DNA from: an uncultured Clostridia bacterium
Lineage (GTDB): Bacteria; Bacillota; Clostridia; Christensenellales; UBA1242
NCBI GenBank assembly: GCA_947366645.1
Contig: CANBAX010000001.1
Coordinates: 1-46,568, forward strand
Direction: 5' to 3'
Length of the DNA stretch: 46,568 bases
In this document: positions 9,129 through 16,067 of the stretch, piece by piece
How the letters are laid out: each line of letters starts with the position of its first letter
Position numbering within the stretch: the stretch's first letter is position 1
Notes under the pieces: model-generated
What the model was told of the DNA's origin: nothing
What the model saw: the letters and a program-made list of their open reading frames with translations, nothing else
Databases searched by the model: none
Made by a program: the position numbers and the translations under genes

Positions 9129-10385
9129 TTATCCTCTCCCTTTTTTCCTTATTAAATTTTTCTCGCGTCCGTTTTCGCTTGGCTTGTAATATACTCTATC
9201 CTTTAACGTATCTGGCATATATTGCTGTTTTACATATCCGCCATAGTCATGTGGATATTTATATTTACCATGACCGTCTTTATTTGTACTTGCATGGTTT
9301 TTTAAGTGATTTGGCACTCTACCGATGTGGTTTTCAGCGTCATCAAGAGCCATATGCATTGCTTTTACTACCGCATTCGATTTTTCCGCTTCGCACAGAT
9401 ATATTATTGCATGAGTTAGCGTGAGTAAGCATTCAGGTTGCCCCAGTTTTTCACAACTTGTAAGCGCGCTGATAGCAAGTAGTAGTGCGTTGCTGTCTGC
9501 CATGCCTATATCTTCCGAAGCATGAGCGACTAGCCTTCTTGCAATTACTAATGGGTCACAGCCCGCTTTTATAAGTCGCATTGCGTAATATAAAGCCGCC
9601 TCTGCGTCACTGCCTCTTAAACTTTTACAAAAGGCAGAAAGATTATCGTAGTATTGATTTTCATCAAGAGAAATTGCTTTTTTATCAGTGGACTCTTTCG
9701 CAATTTCTAGGTCTATATGTATTTTTTTATCCTTACTAGGTTTACTTGTCATAACCGCAAGTTCAAGTGAATTTAACGCATTTCTTCCATCACCACCACT
9801 TGCATATGCAAGATAATCAAGGGCTTCTTCGCTTATTTCCACCGGCATATTTCCAAGCCCTTTTTCCTTATCTTGTAACGCCCTTTTAAGTGTTTTTTTG
9901 ATATCTTTACTTGTAAGAGGTTTAAATTCAAACACCCTACATCTTGAAACTATCGCCCGTGTCATTGAAGTATATGGATTTTCAGTGGTAGAACCTATAA
10001 AGAAAATACTGCCGTCTTCTATGGCCTCAAGCACGCAGTCACTCTGTGCTTTATTCCAGCGATGACACTCATCAAGTAACAAGAAGGTGTCGGTGCCAAA
10101 CATTTGTTTTTCCCGTCTTGCACGCTCTATCATCGCTTTGGCGTCCGCCACACCATTTGATATTGCATTAAGTTTGACAAAGTTTGCCTTTAAATTATTT
10201 GCCACAATATTTGCAAGTGTAGTCTTTCCTGTCCCTGCTGGCCCAAAAAAGATACAGCTGCCCAGTGTACCATATTTAATTGCTCTATATAGAAGTGTGT
10301 CCTTACCAACAATATGCTCCTGCCCTACAAAGTCATTTATTGAGGTTGGGCGCATACGCTCGGCAAGTGGTATTCGTTTTTCCAT
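9129..10385 (-). CDS. rarA: replication-associated recombination protein A (AAA+ ATPase)
   Basis: GPAGTGKTTLA Walker A, LLLDECHR Walker B, YYDNLSAFCKSLRGSDAEAALYY MgsA C-terminal signature. Confidence 0.95.
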   Translation of the reverse strand: MEKRIPLAERMRPTSINDFVGQEHIVGKDTLLYRAIKYGTLGSCIFFGPAGTGKTTLANIVANNLKANFVKLNAISNGVADAKAMIERARREKQMFGTDTFLLLDECHRWNKAQSDCVLEAIEDGSIFFIGSTTENPYTSMTRAIVSRCRVFEFKPLTSKDIKKTLKRALQDKEKGLGNMPVEISEEALDYLAYASGGDGRNALNSLELAVMTSKPSKDKKIHIDLEIAKESTDKKAISLDENQYYDNLSAFCKSLRGSDAEAALYYAMRLIKAGCDPLVIARRLVAHASEDIGMADSNALLLAISALTSCEKLGQPECLLTLTHAIIYLCEAEKSNAVVKAMHMALDDAENHIGRVPNHLKNHASTNKDGHGKYKYPHDYGGYVKQQYMPDTLKDRVYYKPSENGREKNLIRKKGRG

Positions 10386-10405
10386 TTCGGGGTTATTATA
10401 TCATG

Positions 10406-11668
10406 CTAGGAGCCAAAAGACAAATATATTTCATTATTTTTTTGAAAAATTTCATTTGTCACGGTTGTAAAGTTGAAAAACTTTGTCTTACCGCTTAAGA
10501 TATATCGCTGATTTCCTTCTACTATAAAAACCCTTCTATAGCCCGAATTTCCGTAGATTTGAAGCTGTTTAAGTCCTTTAAAATCTTCATTAATTTGCCA
10601 TGCATCGCCAGTCTTTTTTGCTATTGAATTTTTTAATTTTATATACTTATTTTCGTTTTCTTCATCTGTAGACATTTTTAGCCATGAAAGCCAGATTTTC
10701 TGGGGCAAAGAGCGATTAAACTCTTCGTCAAAACTTTTATCGCGAGATAGCACCTTTATATCAAAGATTTCATTCATTTTTTTTTGTGAAATCTCAAAAA
10801 ATTCATCAATATCATGAGGCGAAGAAAAACAATATTTATTTTCACCATAATTAAAATAAAACCGCTTTTGACCTTTCCCATTTAACGAAACATTTACCCG
10901 CATATTAATACAGGCATGAGTGGAAGATTCAAGTCCGCTTATTGTTGAAAAACTGAACTTTGCGTTTTTTGAAATAAAATTAAAATACGCTGTTTCACCA
11001 CTTGTAAGCGAGGTGATTTTCACCGCATTATTTTCCCTTTTAAAATGATAATATCCGCGTGGAAGAACTACATTGATTTCAAAGCTTGCTATGCACTTTT
11101 CCTCCCTAAGGTTTGTAAAATTTACAATAAAGTTTTTACCATTTAGTAAAAACTCTTTAATTTCATATACTATCCCCTCTGATGATGCCTTTTTATGCAA
11201 AAAATAGTTTTGATAGTTTAGATTTACTATTTCATCATTGACTTTGATATAATCTTCTTCTATCTCTTTATTAAATTCTATCCCTGACTTATAATTTATA
11301 TTCAGTGCATTTATACTTGCAAGAAGCCCATAGCCAAGTTCCTCTTCTTTTATATATACAAAGTTTTTTAGCATATTTATTTTACTTTTTTTGCATATAG
11401 GCTGTTGTGTTGTGATTAGATTAAATTCTACCTCTTTTTGTGCCATAAGAAAAGCATTAGTCATCACATTATCTAATGACTTTTCATACTTAAAAACAGG
11501 AAGAGATGGGTCTATACCTATTATTTCAAGTATCTCAAAGTCTATATTATCATCGTAAACAATAGGTGCATGAAAGCGTACCCTATTTACTATCAGATTT
11601 GCCATTTTCTCTACATATTCTTTCTTTGTCATATGAGTGTTATTGACAAAAGAAGGAAGTTTAAACAA
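10406..11668 (-). CDS. hypothetical protein, 420 aa
   Basis: Long uninterrupted ORF with no motif I recognise. The start is uncertain (TTG 11668 or ATG 11632), and neither has a clear RBS. Confidence 0.55.
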   Translation of the reverse strand: MFKLPSFVNNTHMTKKEYVEKMANLIVNRVRFHAPIVYDDNIDFEILEIIGIDPSLPVFKYEKSLDNVMTNAFLMAQKEVEFNLITTQQPICKKSKINMLKNFVYIKEEELGYGLLASINALNINYKSGIEFNKEIEEDYIKVNDEIVNLNYQNYFLHKKASSEGIVYEIKEFLLNGKNFIVNFTNLREEKCIASFEINVVLPRGYYHFKRENNAVKITSLTSGETAYFNFISKNAKFSFSTISGLESSTHACINMRVNVSLNGKGQKRFYFNYGENKYCFSSPHDIDEFFEISQKKMNEIFDIKVLSRDKSFDEEFNRSLPQKIWLSWLKMSTDEENENKYIKLKNSIAKKTGDAWQINEDFKGLKQLQIYGNSGYRRVFIVEGNQRYILSGKTKFFNFTTVTNEIFQKNNEIYLSFGS

Positions 11669-11692
11669 ATAAATTGCATGAGATTTTGTTTT

Positions 11693-11974
11693 AGATTTCT
11701 CCGCTCCACTGCGTTACGGTCGAAATGACATGGTAGTAAAAACGGGCGTTAGGCGAAATGACAATTCCTTAGGCACCTTTTAACGCTACGCTGGATTCTT
11801 CACTTTGTTCAGAATGACATAAATGGGGAAATAGATTTCTCCGCTCCGCCCTATCGGGCTACGGTCGAAATGACAAGGTGGGGGCGAAAGGACAGAGGAG
11901 GGAGATAGATTTCTCCGCTCTGCGACCAAAGGTCGCGCCGGTCGAAATGACAAATAAAAATAGTTGAAATGACA
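11693..11974 (+). repeat. mosaic repeat cluster R4
   Basis: A units 11693-11730, 11833-11875 and 11907-11952. B/C unit 11764-11819. Degenerate short units 11751-11763, 11883-11894 and 11962-11974. Confidence 0.9.
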
Positions 11975-11990
11975 ATAATGTTCTTTTAAC

Positions 11991-12019
11991 TTGACTTTAT
12001 CTTTCCCCTATGCTATACT
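11991..12019 (+). promoter_or_regulatory. sigma-A-type promoter of rnpB
   Basis: TTGACT (11991-11996), 17-nt spacer, TATACT (12014-12019). Confidence 0.65.
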
Positions 12020-12027
12020 CTTGATAT

Positions 12028-12356
12028 CAGTTATGCAGACAGTCGCATCGCAAGATGAGGAAAGTCCGAGCTTCAAGAGAACTGGGTGCTGGTTAACGGC
12101 CAGTGAAGGCGACTTCAAGGATAGTGCAACAGAAATAAACCGCCCGCGTTTTGCGCGAGCAAGGATGGAAAGGCAGTGTAAGAGACTACCGCTTGGTTGG
12201 TGACAACTGAGGCTCTGTAAACCCCACCTGAAGCAAGGTCAAAAAGGCATTAGGGCTTGTTCTCTCCCGCCTTTTAACGCACCGCTTGATTTAATTGGCA
12301 ACAATTAAACTAGATAGATGACTGTTTAATACAGAACTCGGCTTATAACATAACTG
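12028..12356 (+). ncRNA. rnpB: RNase P RNA (bacterial type A-like)
   Basis: GAGGAAAGTCCGAGC (12057-) and ACAGAACTCGGCTTA (12331-12345) form the conserved P4 halves, with a covarying GAG/CTC. P1 pairs CAGTTATG (12028-12035) with CATAACTG (12349-12356). A promoter lies upstream and a terminator downstream. Confidence 0.85.
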
Positions 12357-12379
12357 AAGGGCATTATGCCCTTTTTTTA
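12357..12379 (+). terminator. rho-independent terminator of rnpB
   Basis: AAGGGCA-tta-TGCCCTT followed by a T-run. Confidence 0.8.
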
Positions 12380-12386
12380 TTAGGAC

Positions 12387-12465
12387 AGATTTCTCCGCTC
12401 CGCCCTATCGGGCTACGGTCGAAATGACATGGTTCGGTTGGTCGAAAGGACACCGCCTTAGGCGG
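12387..12465 (+). repeat. mosaic repeat cluster R5
   Basis: TAGGACAG (12381-12388) abuts A unit 12387-12429. Degenerate short unit 12440-12452. Hairpin CCGCCTTAGGCGG 12453-12465. Confidence 0.9.
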
Positions 12466-12485
12466 GTTCTATTAAATGATTAAAT

Positions 12486-12510
12486 AAAAAGGCACCGACT
12501 GGTGCTTTTT
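12486..12510 (-). terminator. rho-independent terminator of the DAC-like gene
   Basis: GCACC-gact-GGTGC flanked by an A-run and a T-run. Confidence 0.7.
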
Positions 12511-13875
12511 CTAACCTACGTTAAACAGGTTTTTAAGTTTGCCGGTTTTCTTATCTGCATAGAAGGCTTGGATGATTCCGTCCTGCGATATCTTAATTGA
12601 GTTGCCGTATTTAGCAAGTGTGGTGGCTGCGGCAAGGCGTCCTCCGCCCTCACTGCCCGCCTCGATTTTTAGTATTGCACCGACAGCAATAATTGTACCA
12701 TCAAAGTCGACTATTGTTGCGCCGTCCATGGCAACAAGTTCTTGACGCATTTTTCGGTTAAGCTCATAGAAAGGCTTACCATTAATTATCTTTCTTAGGC
12801 ACTGGGATTTATAACATTTTTGCTCCGATAAAAAGGTTTCATAATCATGTGAATATATAGCTTCAACACTTGAAAGATTTTGAAGATTATAAAGTTTACT
12901 TGCATTCTCAATTTCTTGTCTTTTCTTCATCTCATAATATTTTGCGTCTAAAATATCATGTGCATTTATATGCACAAGTGCGTCCTCTACCATATCCTTA
13001 TTAATAAGTACAAGTATACCACCGCTATACGCAAAAGAGCAGTCAAGCGCAGTATAATAAATTGATTTTCTGATATCTTTAAGGGAATAGTTGCCTCTAT
13101 AAGAAAGCAGCTGTATCACTTCGTCATGTGAGTAGACATTCCACATTCCTCGGCGTTTTGAAAAAAGAAGTTGTCTATTTTTGAATATAAGTATATCTCC
13201 ATTTTCAGTAAGTATTACACCAACCCTTCTTTCATTACAATAACGAGCTACTTGCTCAAATTCATGCGGTGCTATTGTAGGATAAGCCTTTACCCTACCT
13301 AATTGCACATAACCAGACAGGTAGCCGTCCCTTCCGAACTCCAAAAAGGACATCTTACCATCACTTAGTAGTGCGAAAAAGTCTTTATCAAATATCTCAG
13401 TGTAATGCAATGCATTTTCTTTTTCTGCATCAAGTGTTTCATTTATTATTAATCCTATCGCCACCCGCTTACCTTCATAGGTACGGCTTGCCCATCTATC
13501 AAGTTCATTGACAATACCTAAAAGTGTGGTGGTTATATCTGCATCGCTTAAACTTAGGCAAATTGCCTTTTCAAGTGCGTGAGTTTGAAGAGTGGTAATA
13601 TAGTTATCGTCTTGCAAATTTAATTCCGCAATGACATTCATCTCATAGATAATAGATTTTAACAAACTTAGTTCAGAAGTTTTGAAGGGTTGTCCACGTT
13701 TAAGGACAAGACGATATTCCTCTGCCTTGCTTGGTTTTATGAGTAGCGAGTTCTGTTTACCATATGCCACTTCGCTATCACGCGAACTAGACGCCTCCTC
13801 ACCGCATATATATGAACCGGTGAAAAGTGGTAATACCAATTTTTCTACTACCTTATAAAACTCTTCCTTTTTCAA
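12511..13875 (-). CDS. DisA_N/DAC-fold-like domain protein with degenerate catalytic motifs
   Basis: 454 aa with a TTG start. The C-terminus AMDGATIVDFDGTIIAVGAILK...GGGRLAAATTLAKYGNSIKISQDGII follows the DGA...RHR-AA...VSEE-G-IS pattern of diadenylate cyclase domains, but RHR is replaced by GRL. Confidence 0.5.
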   Translation of the reverse strand: MKKEEFYKVVEKLVLPLFTGSYICGEEASSSRDSEVAYGKQNSLLIKPSKAEEYRLVLKRGQPFKTSELSLLKSIIYEMNVIAELNLQDDNYITTLQTHALEKAICLSLSDADITTTLLGIVNELDRWASRTYEGKRVAIGLIINETLDAEKENALHYTEIFDKDFFALLSDGKMSFLEFGRDGYLSGYVQLGRVKAYPTIAPHEFEQVARYCNERRVGVILTENGDILIFKNRQLLFSKRRGMWNVYSHDEVIQLLSYRGNYSLKDIRKSIYYTALDCSFAYSGGILVLINKDMVEDALVHINAHDILDAKYYEMKKRQEIENASKLYNLQNLSSVEAIYSHDYETFLSEQKCYKSQCLRKIINGKPFYELNRKMRQELVAMDGATIVDFDGTIIAVGAILKIEAGSEGGGRLAAATTLAKYGNSIKISQDGIIQAFYADKKTGKLKNLFNVG

Positions 13876-13943
13876 TTTTTATTGCCTCTTTTTTTTAGTA
13901 TATCTACTTTATTATATATTGGCAAGCAAATTTTAATTATTTT

Positions 13944-14648
13944 TTAATATTTTTCTTCCTCATCTTTCATGGTTTTTCCGAGTTTTTTAAGTGCAGTTGT
14001 TTCAATTCGTGAAATATATGAACGTGAAAGCCCTAAAATGGCTGCAACTTCACGCTGAGCAAGCGGTTTTTGGTTATCTAATCCAAAGCGGTATTTAATT
14101 ACCGCCCTTTCCACATCGGAAAGGCAATTTTCCATTGCTTTATACACCTTATCCATCATGAAATTATTTTCTACAGTATCTATAATTTCATCATCAAGAA
14201 CTACTCCAACTACCCCTTCAAGAGTAGTTTCTTCGTCCCCCTCCTTTCCTTTACATACTGCACTTAATGACACCGTATCCTTATGCTTTTTATTGGAACG
14301 AAGAAGCATGAGTATTTCATTTTGAATACAGCTTGAAGCGTAGGTACTTAGTAGCGCCCCCTTATTTGGGTCAAAACTATCTACCGCTTTTATAAGTCCG
14401 ATAGTGCCTACTGATATTAAATCGTCTGCTTCCATTGTGTTATTAAACTTCTTCACGATATGTGCAACAAGTCTTAAATTATGATTTATCAGGATATCTC
14501 TTGCACGCATATCACCCTGTTTCATCTTTTCAAGACATTCCTTTTCCTCCTCTTTCGTAAGTGGTTGTGGAAAACCTTGGGTTGTATTTACAAAAGATGT
14601 GAAAAAATATAGTTTTGAACTAAAGGTAGCCAAACTTTCAAATATCAT
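13944..14648 (-). CDS. sigK: RNA polymerase sporulation sigma factor K (pro-sigma-K), uninterrupted
   Basis: [46 protein letters not shown] closely parallels B. subtilis SigK ([46 protein letters not shown]). There is a roughly 25-aa pro-sequence and a GGAG RBS. Confidence 0.85.
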   Translation of the reverse strand: [234 protein letters not shown]

Positions 14649-14729
14649 AAATATCTCCTTATCGTAGGCGTTTACCTACTTAGGAAATATATATGTCGGA
14701 AAATGTCAAATTTTGCTTGTACATCAAAA

Positions 14730-14940
14730 TTAGGACAGACACCACTCGGAAATTTATATTTTTAATTGTCCCAATTTTAAATACAAATTTTTACGCGGAC
14801 ACGCCATGCTTTACATGGCTAACCGCTGTCCTCGCGGTTTCTCCACCTAGTCCTCTTCCAAATAAGGTGTCCTTTGGACTACGCGGGAGAAATGATACAT
14901 TTCTCTTTTTCCGCTTTCCTTGCGGAAAGTCCGCCAGTCC
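14730..14940 (+). repeat. E element copy 1 (about 211-nt structured repeat of unknown class)
   Basis: It shares TTAGGACAGACACCACTCG (5' end), CTGYCCTCGCGGTTTCTCCACCT (centre, 14826-14848) and TCCGCCAGTCC (3' end) with 27037-27224. The intervening helices differ in sequence but are hairpins in both copies. Confidence 0.8.
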
Positions 14941-15068
14941 AGATTAAAATTATTATTTGCATGCAAAGTCCCCCGTCCCCATGATGCTTGCTGACGAAGC
15001 CTTGTTTTGTTAATTTAAAGATGTCGTCTGTGTAACGCCTTACTTTGAAAAAGTAAGCAAAAAATGTA

Positions 15069-15137
15069 AGATTTCTCCGCTTTTCACCCCTAAAATGCCA
15101 AAGCATTTTTGGGGAACCCCGAACGGTCGAAATGACA
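15069..15137 (+). repeat. mosaic repeat R6: long-loop A unit
   Basis: AGATTTCTCCGC...CCCCTAAAATGC-caaa-GCATTTTTGGGG...GGTCGAAATGACA. A near-identical copy lies at 31849-31918. Confidence 0.9.
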
Positions 15138-15148
15138 GGTGAGCGTAA

Positions 15149-15171
15149 TAAAAAAGGTGCTTTATGCACCT
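15149..15171 (-). terminator. rho-independent terminator of ftsY, overlapping its stop codon
   Basis: AGGTGC-tttat-GCACCT with an A-run on the + strand (T-run on the minus strand). Confidence 0.7.
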
Positions 15172-16066
15172 AGAATAATCCGTTTATAAATTCGGCGGGG
15201 TCAAATGGTTCAAGGTCGTCTTTGCCTTCGCCGGTGCCTACAAACACCACTGGAAGATGATAATCTTTTTCTATTGCCACGACTACCCCACCCTTTGCTG
15301 TGCCGTCAAGTTTTGTAAGCACTATGCCATCGATTTTCACAAAATCATTAAAGGCTGAGATTTGGTTTAACGCATTCTGCCCTGTGGTAGCGTCAAGCAC
15401 GATAAAATTATACCTATTTGCCTCAGGATAATTTTTTGTAATTATTTTATCTATCTTTTTAAGTTCCTCCATAAGGTTTATCTTTGTATGAAGGCGACCC
15501 GCAGTATCAACAAGAAGAACATCTGTCCCCTTTGCTTTCGCACTTGTAATTCCATCAAAAACTACTGCGGCGGCATCTGCACCTTCGGCCTGCTTTATAA
15601 TCCTTGTTTTAGTACGCTCTGCCCACTGAGTGAGTTGGTCGGCAGCAGCGGCACGGAAGGTATCGCCTGCAACCAAAGTGATATCCTTTTTCTCATTCTT
15701 GAAATGCTGGGCAAGTTTTCCTATAGTAGTTGTCTTGCCTACACCATTTACCCCTATTATTGTGATAATAGCCGGATACTGTATATTGATTTTTGGTAAA
15801 GACGCAAACTCATCAGTAAGAATTCTTTTAAGAACGTTCTTGACATCTTCACTTGTGCGAATTTTTTCTTTTCTTGCACGAAGACGGAGTTCGTCCACTA
15901 TCTCCATGCTTGTTCTAACACCTATATCACAGGAAATAAGAAGGTCGGTAAGGTCATCATAAAAGTCATCATCAAGCTCGCCATGACTGAGCATGGCGTC
16001 TATCCTTCTTGCAAAGGCCTCTCGTGTTTTACTAAGTGCCTTACCTATCTTTTTAAAAAGCCCCAT
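15170..16066 (-). CDS. ftsY: signal recognition particle receptor FtsY (short form)
   Basis: GVNGVGKTTTIGKLA, DTFRAAA, DTAGRLH and TKLDGTAKGG motifs. Confidence 0.95.
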   Translation of the reverse strand: MGLFKKIGKALSKTREAFARRIDAMLSHGELDDDFYDDLTDLLISCDIGVRTSMEIVDELRLRARKEKIRTSEDVKNVLKRILTDEFASLPKINIQYPAIITIIGVNGVGKTTTIGKLAQHFKNEKKDITLVAGDTFRAAAADQLTQWAERTKTRIIKQAEGADAAAVVFDGITSAKAKGTDVLLVDTAGRLHTKINLMEELKKIDKIITKNYPEANRYNFIVLDATTGQNALNQISAFNDFVKIDGIVLTKLDGTAKGGVVVAIEKDYHLPVVFVGTGEGKDDLEPFDPAEFINGLF

Positions 16067-16067
16067 T

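Noticed and set aside
11991-12203. A 70-aa ORF on the + strand.
   Set aside because: It lies entirely within the RNase P RNA gene, whose conserved P4 halves, P1 pairing, promoter and terminator explain the region.
13944-14648. sigK might be interrupted by a skin-like element, as in some spore-formers.
   Set aside because: The ORF is continuous from the pro-sequence through region 4 (234 aa). There is no recombinase nearby.
14826-14848. The E element read on the minus strand could be a T-box (AGGTGGAGAAACCGCGAGG) or a ZTP riboswitch (GGACTGGCGG at its 5' end).
   Set aside because: The T-box-like stretch has extra nucleotides inside the core, and there is no stem I, specifier or terminator context. 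The ZTP-like stretch lacks the 3' CCGCCTGGGC partner. Both are most likely chance resemblances.
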